From Mantamonas sphyraenae STR306 (taxonomy: Eukaryota; Protista; CRuMs), in contig JAPMXV010000005.1 of assembly GCA_026936335.1 (NCBI GenBank), forward strand, positions 186,001-250,000: a DNA stretch of 64,000 nucleotides, written 5' to 3'. A program made the position numbers and the translations under genes. Shown here piece after piece: positions 31,247-41,371 of the stretch. The notes beneath the pieces are model-generated. The model was given only the letters and a program-made list of their open reading frames with translations. It did not search any database and was not told the origin of the DNA. Within the stretch, counting starts at the first letter, position 1; every line of letters begins with the position of its first letter.

Positions 31247-33985
31247 ATGAAAAAGAGACCCCGTCCCTCTTCCCATCTTCCACGGTCCTCCCATGCACGC
31301 CTACACGCCGCATCCCACCCGGTGTCCTCCTCCTCATTGCCGCAACACGATCAAAAGAGGCAACGGTCAGAGTTCCCGAGATCGGCCTCCTCTTCATCCG
31401 CCCATCTCACGCATCCTTCGTCTGCAGACTCCACACTCCCGTCCACACTGTCCAAATCCTCCATCAAATCCCAGTATGCGTCCATTCGCCAGAAACTGGC
31501 TCAACTCCGCAAGAACAGGCTGGCCGAGCGCAATCGCTCACCTGGAATCCGCGCCACGCACCCCCACCACGCCATCTATGACTCGATGATGGCCAAAAAG
31601 GTCAAACGACGCAGTGAAATCCTCAATGCCAAGAAGATCGACCCCAAGTTGGCCAAAGCGTTCAAGAGCCCGCTCAAGAACCGTGGCAGTGGAAATTCGT
31701 CCAGCCGCACCCTGGGTGTCCGCCGATCTCGCCAGCCCGTGGCTCTGTTTGATGCAGCCGCAGACAATGCCCTTGTGTTGCACGAGGCCAGTCGTGAAGT
31801 GCAGGTGAAAACAAACGCCCTGGGCCTGAAGGAGTCGACCAAGGAGGTGGACGTCGTTGTCGATCCAATCCTTTCTCGCTGGCTGCGACCCCACCAACGC
31901 CACGGCGTCAAGTTCATGTATGATTGTCTGGTGGGCAAGCAAATCACAAGCCTGCACATCCCTTCCAAACCCAAGGGCAAGGGCAAGGGCAAGGGTGGCA
32001 ATGGGGGCGGGAATGGAGTCGACGGCGAGCCCCTCGATGACGGACAGGACAAGGAAGCACACGACGACGGGACACCAAACACATTCTACGGGTGTGTCAA
32101 TGCAGACTCCATGGGACTGGGCAAGACGCTGCAGGCCATCACGACCATCTGGACCCTGTTGAGGCAGTCCCCGTGGGGCAAACCCATGTGCCACAAGGTC
32201 ATCATTGCCTGTCCCACCTCTCTTGTGCGCAACTGGGAAAGTGAGTTTGGCAAATGGCTCAAGGGTCGCACCGTCAACCTCCTTGTGTTGGGAGGCACCA
32301 GCAGGGCCAAGACCGAGCGCATGCTTCAGGATTGGGCTGCCACTCGCTACTACCAGGTGCTCATCCTCAGCTACGACATGTTTCGACGCAACGCACAGGT
32401 CCTTCATCGCGGCCCATGCGATCTGCTTGTGTGCGACGAGGCCCACCGTCTGAAGAACGGCAAAATCCGCACCACCAAAGCCATTGCCGCCCTGCGCACC
32501 CCTCGTCGTCTCCTCCTGTCCGGCACACCCATCCAGAACGACCTCGAGGAGTTGTTCAACATGGTGGAGGTGTGCAACCCGGGTCTGCTGGGCAACCCCG
32601 CAGCCTTTCGCAGACACTTTGAACGGCCCATCCGAGCAGGACGCGACGCCGGTGCCACAGACAAACAGGTGAGGTTGGCAGAGCAGCGATCACAGGAGCT
32701 CAGTGGCCTTTTGGCCCAGTTTGTGCTGCGCCGTTCGGCAGAGATCAACCAGCAGTACCTGCCCGACAAGGTGGAACAGGTGGTCTTCTGCAGGCCCTCT
32801 TCCCTCCAGAGGGCATTGTATGCACACGTGCTGCACAGCAAGGAGCTGCGCAAGGCTCTGCGAGGTACATCGGCTGGCACCCTGCCCATGCTCAACGATC
32901 TCAAGCGACTGTGCAACCATCCCGCTCTCGTGTTTGATGCCGTCCACAAACACCGTGCCAAGGCAGGCGACAACGAAACCAGGGCTGACTCTGTGTTTGC
33001 AGGTGCCTACGATCTGTTCCCGCCCAGCTTCAGCGACTCTGGCCCACCCCGCATCGTCCAACCAGTCCACAGTGGCAAGCTGCGTGCACTCGACGCACTC
33101 CTTCAGAACATCCGCAAACACACCAAAGACCGCGTTGTCGTCGTCTCCAACTACACCTCCACCCTCGCCCTCATCCAACGCCTTTGCCTCCAGCGCCGCT
33201 GGCCCTTTCTCCGCCTCGACGGCTCCTGCACACAGAACGCCCGCCACAGCATGGTCACACAGCTCAACAACCCCACTTGTGCCTGCTTTGTGTTTCTTCT
33301 CTCTGCAAAGGCTGGCGGTGAGGGTCTCAACCTTGTTGGTGCCAACCGCCTTGTACTCTACGATCCCGATTGGAACCCTGCCACTGACCTGCAGACGTGT
33401 GCACGTGTCTGGCGGCCCGGCCAGAAGAAGCAGGTGTACATTTATCGCATGCTCACCGCCGGCACCCTGGAGGAAAAGATCTACCAGCGCCAGCTGGTCA
33501 AGAACGACATCAGCAAAAGCGTCGTCGACGACGAAAAGGATCTCAAACGCAACTTTTCAGGACGCGACCTGCGTGAACTGTTTCGTTTCAACGAACACAC
33601 CACCAGCGACACACACGACCAGCTCCAATGCAGGTGCAAGCGCAAGTTGAAGCGCGGAAGCAACACCGGCAACCACGAAACACACAGCCTCTCCAGCAGC
33701 GTGGGCAAGCAGCTCGAGGACGAACCGGATGTCGACGACGACGACGAAGCTGGAGACTTTGAGACAGAGCTGCCAGACGAAGACGACGACGAAGACGACG
33801 ACACCCTGCGCGCAAGCGATCTCACACAATGGGATCATTGGGAACGCTCCTGGATGATCAAGGACGAGATGCTGCGAAATGCAGCGAAAAAGACAGGGGA
33901 CACCATTTCTTGCGTCTTTGCGTCGCGCAAGGTGGACACCACGGGTAAGGATGACGCCGATGAGTCCGAGACACCCAAAATGTAG
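31247..33985 (+). CDS. RAD54/RAD54B-like SNF2 family DNA translocase
   Basis: VVVDPILSRWLRPHQRHGVKFMYDC, ADSMGLGKTLQ, VCDEAHRLKN, LSGTPIQNDL, LLSAKAGGEGLNLVGANRLVLYDPDWNPATDLQ, EEKIYQRQ, DTHDQLQCRC. The start codon is uncertain. Confidence 0.92.
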   Translation: MKKRPRPSSHLPRSSHARLHAASHPVSSSSLPQHDQKRQRSEFPRSASSSSAHLTHPSSADSTLPSTLSKSSIKSQYASIRQKLAQLRKNRLAERNRSPGIRATHPHHAIYDSMMAKKVKRRSEILNAKKIDPKLAKAFKSPLKNRGSGNSSSRTLGVRRSRQPVALFDAAADNALVLHEASREVQVKTNALGLKESTKEVDVVVDPILSRWLRPHQRHGVKFMYDCLVGKQITSLHIPSKPKGKGKGKGGNGGGNGVDGEPLDDGQDKEAHDDGTPNTFYGCVNADSMGLGKTLQAITTIWTLLRQSPWGKPMCHKVIIACPTSLVRNWESEFGKWLKGRTVNLLVLGGTSRAKTERMLQDWAATRYYQVLILSYDMFRRNAQVLHRGPCDLLVCDEAHRLKNGKIRTTKAIAALRTPRRLLLSGTPIQNDLEELFNMVEVCNPGLLGNPAAFRRHFERPIRAGRDAGATDKQVRLAEQRSQELSGLLAQFVLRRSAEINQQYLPDKVEQVVFCRPSSLQRALYAHVLHSKELRKALRGTSAGTLPMLNDLKRLCNHPALVFDAVHKHRAKAGDNETRADSVFAGAYDLFPPSFSDSGPPRIVQPVHSGKLRALDALLQNIRKHTKDRVVVVSNYTSTLALIQRLCLQRRWPFLRLDGSCTQNARHSMVTQLNNPTCACFVFLLSAKAGGEGLNLVGANRLVLYDPDWNPATDLQTCARVWRPGQKKQVYIYRMLTAGTLEEKIYQRQLVKNDISKSVVDDEKDLKRNFSGRDLRELFRFNEHTTSDTHDQLQCRCKRKLKRGSNTGNHETHSLSSSVGKQLEDEPDVDDDDEAGDFETELPDEDDDEDDDTLRASDLTQWDHWERSWMIKDEMLRNAAKKTGDTISCVFASRKVDTTGKDDADESETPKM

Positions 33986-34076
33986 TATAAATTTTGATTC
34001 ATGTCAGAATCCACCCACTCATCGTCTGGCACGAATTTACCGGTCAATCAAATTTTCAATGTTCATTCGCAACAAC

Positions 34077-36710
34077 TCACCTCCTCTTGATGCCCAGCTT
34101 CTTGGCTAGGCGCGAGCGCGCCGTACCCGTCTTCTTCTTGGCCTTTGGTGCAGCAGAACTGGATGACGGCTTTCGCATGCTCCCAGACGCGGAAGGGCGT
34201 TTGCCCATCATCAACGCCCATTCCCGGTCGCGCTCCGCTGCCTTGGCTGCCGCTCGTGCACGATCTTCCTCTTCCTTCAACTCCTTGGCACTCTTCTTTG
34301 GCGCCTTCTTCTCCTTCAGTCGCTTTTTGGCCGTCTTCTTGGCGTCCAGCGCGTTGAAGCTGCCTGCCGACGTCTTGATTGTGATGCGTGCCCGTTTCAG
34401 ATCCACCTCTGTGGCAAGGTTGGCCTTCTTACGCTTGCGCGGGCCCTGTGGCTCCATGTACTCCTCGTCCTCCTCGTCGTACTCCTCGTCCGAGTACCAT
34501 GACTCCGGATCCACTTCCCGCCCCTCCACGTACTCTCCGCTGTCGTCCACGTCTCCGCGTCCGCCATAGTCTTCGTCATACGGATCATCGTCGTATCCAC
34601 CTCCGTCAAAGTCATCGTCTGGTTCGTCGTCGTCGATCCCCTGCATGTCCCCAAACTCCTTATCCATCTCCAACATCACCGGGTCCACAATCATCGCCCC
34701 ATTCCCCTTGTCCTGCTCCTTTGTGGTCTTGCTCTTCTTACCCTCCTTGCCCTTACTGCCCTTACTGCTCTTCTTTTTCTTCTTGCTTCCTGTGGACGTG
34801 CCATCACCCTGCGTTGTCTGTGCCGCACCCTGCGCCGCCTTTGCAGCCTGCTTTGCCTTTTGCTGCCATGCCAAGCCCCCATCGTCGTCGTCGTCATCGT
34901 CACTCAACTCCTCCTCCGAGGAGAACAGACCTGCTTCGTCTTGTTCGAGTTCTGGGTTGCGATAGGGCACGTACTGCGGGGTGTACGTCTGCACAGGCAC
35001 TTCGGGCTCGTCTCCACGACTGCTACTCCGTGTGCTCACTGTGCGCACATACTCCTCCTGATGCTCCCTTTCATCTTCGACAAACGCTGCCTGGGATATC
35101 TTGATCTTGAGTGCCTTGGACGGGTCATTGCGTCGCACAAAGTCCGCCAGCTCACTCAACAGTTCCAGCTGCCTACGACGCTCCAATGGCAGATACTGAC
35201 CCTCCGAATTGAGGGGAATGTTGGCCACACCTGTGTTCCACCTGCCTGCCAGCTTCCACAACGCCTTCATCCCACGCACCTCATGGATGGACGGTTTGCG
35301 AGTGCCACTTTGCACCTGCAACGCTAGCTCCTTGATGGCCAGCCAGCACATTTGACGGAACATGGGGAACCGGAACTTGCTGGGCACACGGATGCGATTT
35401 TCCAACGCATAGATGTTCAGCTGCATGGTCGCCTGGGCGGTGTGCAGAAAGTTGCCTCCAAACACAAGTGTGTCTTCCGGTGTGTACACTGCATGGATCC
35501 AACCCGACGGGATGAGCATTGTGTTGCCCGCCTTTAGGCGTGCCTGGTACACCTGTGAACTGTCCACCATGCTTGCGAAAAACGTGGTGCTCTGCTTGCC
35601 CGACGTCGACCACTTCTCAAACGCAGCAAGGTTATCCTTGCTGGGTGGAATGAGCAAGAACACCTTTTGGCCACGCACGACGTGGTACCACACCGAGGAG
35701 CCACCAAAGTCGATGTGAAAGTCGGTGTACGACCCGGCAATGCCCATCAGACAGTACAGTTGCACCTTGGGATACAATTGCAGCTCTGCGTATTCGTCCA
35801 ATTGCTGCATGCGCTTCAACTGACTGGGCCACACCGTGTCAATCCAGTCGATGTCCCGCACGGCCTGTGGTGCCTGCACGTGTTCCGCAAGCTCCGTACC
35901 ACTAAACTCCAGTGAGATGACATTGAGGATCCGTGTGCGCTGTGTCCTGCCCGGCCCCTCAAAGTACTCTGCCCACTGTTGCACGTTCCACTGCGGCGTC
36001 ACCTCTCGCTGCGTCATGACATCCACAATGTTGATCGGCGTCTCCGCTCCCACCAGCTCCGCAATCCGATGGATGCTGGTGTCCTGTGCAGGCACACGCA
36101 ACCCCAACCCATCACTCTGTTCCACCAGCAACGGTTCCGAGAATCCTGTCTCTCGAAGGTACTCGCCCGTCAGTTCTTCGGCTGCCACCACCCGCGGATA
36201 CTCCGTCCCATACACCCCTTGCTTGTTTGTCAGCCGCGCAAACCTTGCCACTGGGATCATCCCTTCTGTGCTTGCTGTGCTCACTGCCTGGTAATCCACC
36301 ACTGTCTTGCGCTCTCGCAGGCTCCGTTCCAGTTTCGACTCTGCCTCGTTCTCCTGATCCTCCTCCTCCTCCTCCCTCTCCCGGCCCTCCTGCCCGCCGC
36401 TTCCTTCCCCTGACCTGCTTGTCTCCAGCTCCATCCCCTCTGGCTTGCTTTTGATCCGCACCTGCAGCGTCGGCATCTTGACAGTGGCTGTGGGTGTTGC
36501 TGCAGAGGAGCCCTTGCCCAGTTGCACGTCGTCGTCCTCCTCCTCCTCTTCCCGGTCCTCCGCCTTCCTGCTCTCCTCCACTTCCCCTGCCTTTGTGTCC
36601 ATTCTCTCCTCCATCACCACTTCCTCCTGCTTGGCAGCTTCAGCTTTGGCTGCCTCCCCGGCCACCGAGCCGGCCATGCTCAACAACGTGGAGGCGAGGT
36701 CGGCGTCCAT
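34077..36710 (-). CDS. JmjC histone demethylase, JHDM1/KDM2-KDM7 (Jhd1/PHF8-like) family
   Basis: NVISLEFSGT, YPKVQLYCLM, YTDFHIDFGGSSVWYHV, IPSGWIHAVYTPEDTLVFGGNFLH. C-terminal SRLAKKLGI resembles PHF2/PHF8 tails. Confidence 0.93.
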   Translation of the reverse strand: MDADLASTLLSMAGSVAGEAAKAEAAKQEEVVMEERMDTKAGEVEESRKAEDREEEEEDDDVQLGKGSSAATPTATVKMPTLQVRIKSKPEGMELETSRSGEGSGGQEGREREEEEEDQENEAESKLERSLRERKTVVDYQAVSTASTEGMIPVARFARLTNKQGVYGTEYPRVVAAEELTGEYLRETGFSEPLLVEQSDGLGLRVPAQDTSIHRIAELVGAETPINIVDVMTQREVTPQWNVQQWAEYFEGPGRTQRTRILNVISLEFSGTELAEHVQAPQAVRDIDWIDTVWPSQLKRMQQLDEYAELQLYPKVQLYCLMGIAGSYTDFHIDFGGSSVWYHVVRGQKVFLLIPPSKDNLAAFEKWSTSGKQSTTFFASMVDSSQVYQARLKAGNTMLIPSGWIHAVYTPEDTLVFGGNFLHTAQATMQLNIYALENRIRVPSKFRFPMFRQMCWLAIKELALQVQSGTRKPSIHEVRGMKALWKLAGRWNTGVANIPLNSEGQYLPLERRRQLELLSELADFVRRNDPSKALKIKISQAAFVEDEREHQEEYVRTVSTRSSSRGDEPEVPVQTYTPQYVPYRNPELEQDEAGLFSSEEELSDDDDDDDGGLAWQQKAKQAAKAAQGAAQTTQGDGTSTGSKKKKKSSKGSKGKEGKKSKTTKEQDKGNGAMIVDPVMLEMDKEFGDMQGIDDDEPDDDFDGGGYDDDPYDEDYGGRGDVDDSGEYVEGREVDPESWYSDEEYDEEDEEYMEPQGPRKRKKANLATEVDLKRARITIKTSAGSFNALDAKKTAKKRLKEKKAPKKSAKELKEEEDRARAAAKAAERDREWALMMGKRPSASGSMRKPSSSSAAPKAKKKTGTARSRLAKKLGIKRR

Positions 36711-36832
36711 GGTGTCTGGTTCCGGTTCGATGCTTCGCCCTGCGCACACGCGCCCACTCACCCACACCACCCTCTCCCCGCAGTCCTCTGTGTGAACCTC
36801 ACCTGTCCTCGTCTTCCCTGAACCTATTTTGA

Positions 36833-38099
36833 ATGACCATGCAGGCTGTGGTGGTGTGTGTTTTTCGAGCAAACCGAAAAGTGGATCCTGACACGCAGGA
36901 GCAGCTGAGTCGTGACGCCGTCCTAGGTCTCGACACCCTGGGTGCTGACCCCACCATTGAGTCAAGCGAATGCCAACACCTGCCCAAACACCTTGTCGAC
37001 GCCCCGTCCGCTGTTCGTCTCCTGGTGTCCACCCAGCTCACCGAGTGGTCCGTAGACCAGGCCAAGAGTGCTTCCTCCGCCCTCCGAGCCCTCGACTTTT
37101 GCGACGATGTCATGGTGGCACCAGCCAGTGTGTTGGCCGACAGCCCCGTGCGTCTGGTCTGCTTCGACATGGATTCCACCGTCCTCGACGCAGAGTGTAT
37201 CGACGAACTCGCCGCAGAGATGGGCGCCGGCGAACAGGTCGCTGCCATGACCCACAAGGCCATGAGTGAAGGCATCGACTTTACCCAAGCCCTGGAGATG
37301 CGTCTCCAATTCCTTCGTGGCATGTCTGCCGATCAGATCGACTCTGTCTGGCGCACCATCGAGGCCAACCCCGGGGCAACCACCCTCTTTTCTGTCCTCC
37401 ATGCACATGACATCCAAACTGCCATCTTCTCTGGAGGCTGTATGTTATCTCCTTGCCCACTCTACTCCATGGTGTGATGTTTTGCTTCACCCGAGCTCAC
37501 TCCTCATCACCCCACGCTCACACGCTACCCCCCCCCCTCCCGCAAATCTAGTCATGTGCATTGCCCGTCGTGTGGCCCAGGCCTTTGGTGTCCCCTACGT
37601 CTGTGCCAACCAATTGGAGTTTGACGACGCTGGTTGTCTCACGGGACGTGTGCTGGGACCCGTGGTCGACGGCAGTCTGAAGCAACAGCTCACACTGGCC
37701 CTCAGCAAGGAGTTGGGTCTGGACAAGGCTGCCTTGGCTGCTGTGGGTGATGGAAGCAACGATCGCTTCATGATCCAAGAGGCTGCTATTGGTGTGGCCT
37801 ACCACGGCAAGCAAATCCTGCGTGACGCAGTCGACCACAGCATCGAGGCTGGCTTGGACTCGCTTGTCTTTTATCTGGGTCTACCCACAGACGACACGGG
37901 CTGCATTGCTGTCGATGGCACTCTGGATGCCTGTGCTTCCATGCATGACACACACTCCCTCCTCAACGATGGATGGAGCCCAGTGTTGCCCACGGGTGAC
38001 CCTTCCGATCGTCTGGATGTCCGTCTGGCCATCTCCTCCTCCTCTTCCTTCACAAGAAACACAGAATCGTCCGAAACAACCGCAAGCAACAGCAAGTAA
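36833..38099 (+). CDS. Phosphoserine phosphatase (SerB, HAD family), one intron ~37440-37551
   Basis: LVCFDMDSTVLDAECIDELA, TAIFSGG|F, YVCANQLE, AVGDGSNDRFMI..AAIGVAYHGK. Confidence 0.93.
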
Positions 38100-38127
38100 A
38101 CGGGGTAAACTGTAAGCGGGGGTTCAA

Positions 38128-41100
38128 TCAAATCGGAAGCGAGGAATCGCTCCTGTCCACCCCACTCTCGCGCTGGAAGGTCTTGAGATAGTCCAAGAAC
38201 GCAGCGTCGGCACTGGCCGTGTTTCCCAATTCCTTCTCCAGACCGTGGATGACATGTTGCTGCTCGCTGATCTGGCCCCGCAGGCGTCCCACCTCCTTCT
38301 CGTGCTGTGCCTCAAACTCGTTCCTGTCCTGTGCATACTTCATCTGCAAAGCATGCAATTCCGACTGCAGCCGGTTCACCTCTGTTCGGTGTCCCTGCTC
38401 GCTGTCTTTCAACGCAGCCTTTGCCAGCCGCTTGCTGCGTTCCCGTTCGCTCTCGTTCTCCGCGCGCACCTTTTCCAGCTGCGCCTCAAACGACTCCATG
38501 CGTGCCGCCTGCAGGGCAATCATCTCCATGGTCTGTTCCAACTCCTGCACGTGTGCCTCCTGCAACTCACGCACCCTTGCTTCGTGCTTGGCCTTCACCG
38601 ACGCCAACGCCTCCTCCACCCCTGTCTTGCTCTCCCGCATGGCTGCCAGTGCCCCCTCCAGCTCTGCACATCGTGCGTTGCGTGCGTCCACCTTGTCTCC
38701 CAGCCGTCCAATCTTCTCCTCCAGATCCACCACACGTGCGTCCCGTGCGTTCATGCTCTGTTCCAACTCGCTGATGCGCCGCCTCGCTGCACTCAAATCC
38801 CCCTGCAGCTCACCCATGCGGGTTTCGTTTGCTTCCAACGATGCCTTTTGGGTCATCACCGTGTTGGCCGCACTCTGCAGTTCGCTCGCGTGTTCGCTGA
38901 GCAACCCCTGCATGCGAGTGTCCACCTGCTGCGCGCGTGTCTCTGCACGCTTCCGTGCCTCCTCACTCTTCACCAGTCCCTGTTTCAGTTCGTCCACCTG
39001 CGTCACCAACGCCGTGTTGGCCGCTTGCATCTCCTCCAGCTTGGCTTCGTACCACCCCATGTCCTCCTGGTACTTGCTCTGCCACGATGCAATCACACTG
39101 TCCTGCGACCTGCGAATGTCCTCAAACTGCCCATCCATCTTGTCCACCACTGCCTGCTGCGTCTGCAGTGCCTTCATGGCCTGCACTCGCTGCTCCTCAC
39201 ACGCCGCCAGCTGTGCCTCCAACTGGCCCACACGCCCTTGCCGCTTGCGCGCCGCCTTCACCTCCGCCTCCAACCCCTGCAAACGCACCGCCTGCTTCTC
39301 AATGGTTTCCTCCGCACGTGTCAGCAGCGTGTGCGTCTCTGCGGTGTCCTTCTCCAGCTGCTTCTCCAACGCCCGCTGCTGCGCCAACAGTTCCCTGTTT
39401 TCCGCCTGCAACATCTGCGTCCACTGCTGCACATCCTCCCATTCCCCCTCCTCCTCCTCCTCTTTGCTCTTCATCTCTTCCAACGCACGCGTCTGCTCGT
39501 CAATCACCTCCTTGGCCTCCTGCAACTGTTGCACCAGGGCGTCCTGCTCCGCAATGCTCTCTCGCAATCGTCGTTCCGCCTCTGCACGCATCTTGCTCTC
39601 TGTGTTGATGGCCGTCTTGCCCTCATCCACCAGCGACCAGACCACCAGTGCCTCCTTCAACTCGGCCCGTGTGTTCTCCAACTCAGCCGCCTGCGCCTCC
39701 ATCGTCTCTTTACACTCGCGCACCTGCCGTTGCAGCTGCTTCTCCGCACCCAAACTCTCCTCCAACTGGGCAGTCAGCGACTGACACTGTTCCTGCAGCT
39801 GCAATGCCACGTCGTCATTGCTTGCCGACGCCATGTGTGCCGCCGCAGCCCGTTCCTGTTCCTTCTGCAACTGTCGCCGCAACGATTCCGCCTCACGGCT
39901 GGCGTCCACGTACTGTTGCTGCCACAGCCGGTTGTGTTGATGCATGGCTGCCAGTTCGTTGCTCAACTCCTCCGCCTGCTCCTCCAAACTTGCCTGGTAC
40001 TCCCGCGACTGGTTCTCCAGCTGTGCAGACACCCCCTGGTTCACGTCTGCACTGCGACGCAGCGACGCAAGCTCCCCACGCATGCTCTCAATGATCTGTT
40101 GCTGCGACAGAATGGTCTGGGATGCACTCTCCATGTCATCCAGGTGCAACGCGTGCTCAGCTTCCAATTCCTGTTGCAGCTCCTCGCAGTGTTCCTCCAG
40201 GTATTGCAACTGATGGTACACATTGCTCAGCACCTGTGTTTGGTTGCGTCCTTGTGTCGTCTGCTGTTGATGTTGTTGATGATGTTGTTGTTGTTGCACC
40301 CCACCCCGCTTGAATTCTCCTGCTCCACCGCCATCCACCCCTCCTGGCGTTGTGTTCACTCCAATCCTCCGTTCCGCCTCTTTGTACTGTGCCTCCTTCG
40401 GTGTCATCGACCCTGCAGACAGCGTCGGTGCCTTGGGTGCAGACGTACCATTGTTGTTGCGGTGCTGCTGGTGTTGCTGTTGCTGCTGCTTCAGCATGCC
40501 TGTGTATGACACTCGCATGGGTTTGCTCTGTCCCTGGCCCTGTGTGCTACTTGTGCTCTGGTCCAATGCCACTTGTCGCTGTGTGTGGGTGCGTCGTCGT
40601 TCATCCTTGTCAGACGATTCACCCTTGTCGCCGCGGTCAAATCCCCCTTCTCCCCACCCCCTCCGCCGTCTGCACCGCACACACACTCCGCTTCCTCTGC
40701 ATTCGGCTGCACGTCCACATGCACACAAACACATCATCGGTGACGCATGTGAACACCTGCTGCGTCTCGCATGTGCGGACGGACTTTGGCGCCAAAACGA
40801 CCCGCGTTTCGGCACCGGACAAAAAATACTCACCTGCTCGCGCTCGGTGCTGGTCATGGTGGAGCGTGGGGCCTGTGCTCGCTCCGAGGCACTAACAGAG
40901 CTGCCGTGGCTTGTTGTGGATGTGTTGACGAGGGCGGAAGAGCCTGCAAAGACGGTGGTGCTCTCCAGGTTGGCGGACTTGTCTGCGTCCTGCTTGGCGC
41001 GAGCGCTGGACCCACCCTGAGGACCCTTGTCGGCCAGGAAGATGCCCAAATGCTTGGGGAACTTGGGCAATGGCCCAGAGGCTGGTCGTTTGTTGAAAGG

Positions 41101-41298
41101 ATACTCCAGACTGCCCTTGTTCAATTGCTGGAGCAGCAGGCGAGCAAACTGGTCTCGATCTCGCGTCCACGAGCGCGGGCCGTTGCCCACCAGCTGCAAC
41201 TTTTCCAGCCAGGCCTTGACACGGATGCGTTCCTGTTTACTCAGTGTCTCCTTGGCCTCATCGATCTCCTGAGCCAACGATGCAAAGTCTCGCTGCAT
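38128..41298 (-). CDS. DUF4485 (CEP112-like) N-terminal domain coiled-coil protein
   Basis: ERIRVKAWLEKL...RDQFARLLLQQL..GSLEYPFNKRPASGPLP, followed by a long coiled coil. Likely in-frame intron starting gtgagt at ~40833. Confidence 0.75.
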   Translation of the reverse strand: MQRDFASLAQEIDEAKETLSKQERIRVKAWLEKLQLVGNGPRSWTRDRDQFARLLLQQLNKGSLEYPFNKRPASGPLPKFPKHLGIFLADKGPQGGSSARAKQDADKSANLESTTVFAGSSALVNTSTTSHGSSVSASERAQAPRSTMTSTEREQVSIFCPVPKRGSFWRQSPSAHARRSRCSHASPMMCLCACGRAAECRGSGVCVRCRRRRGWGEGGFDRGDKGESSDKDERRRTHTQRQVALDQSTSSTQGQGQSKPMRVSYTGMLKQQQQQHQQHRNNNGTSAPKAPTLSAGSMTPKEAQYKEAERRIGVNTTPGGVDGGGAGEFKRGGVQQQQHHQQHQQQTTQGRNQTQVLSNVYHQLQYLEEHCEELQQELEAEHALHLDDMESASQTILSQQQIIESMRGELASLRRSADVNQGVSAQLENQSREYQASLEEQAEELSNELAAMHQHNRLWQQQYVDASREAESLRRQLQKEQERAAAAHMASASNDDVALQLQEQCQSLTAQLEESLGAEKQLQRQVRECKETMEAQAAELENTRAELKEALVVWSLVDEGKTAINTESKMRAEAERRLRESIAEQDALVQQLQEAKEVIDEQTRALEEMKSKEEEEEGEWEDVQQWTQMLQAENRELLAQQRALEKQLEKDTAETHTLLTRAEETIEKQAVRLQGLEAEVKAARKRQGRVGQLEAQLAACEEQRVQAMKALQTQQAVVDKMDGQFEDIRRSQDSVIASWQSKYQEDMGWYEAKLEEMQAANTALVTQVDELKQGLVKSEEARKRAETRAQQVDTRMQGLLSEHASELQSAANTVMTQKASLEANETRMGELQGDLSAARRRISELEQSMNARDARVVDLEEKIGRLGDKVDARNARCAELEGALAAMRESKTGVEEALASVKAKHEARVRELQEAHVQELEQTMEMIALQAARMESFEAQLEKVRAENESERERSKRLAKAALKDSEQGHRTEVNRLQSELHALQMKYAQDRNEFEAQHEKEVGRLRGQISEQQHVIHGLEKELGNTASADAAFLDYLKTFQRESGVDRSDSSLPI

Positions 41299-41371
41299 CT
41301 GTGTGTGTGTGTGTGTGTGTTTGGCGGCGCTGGGGCTGGCACATCTTTTTCATCTCCTCGTCCAATTGTTC

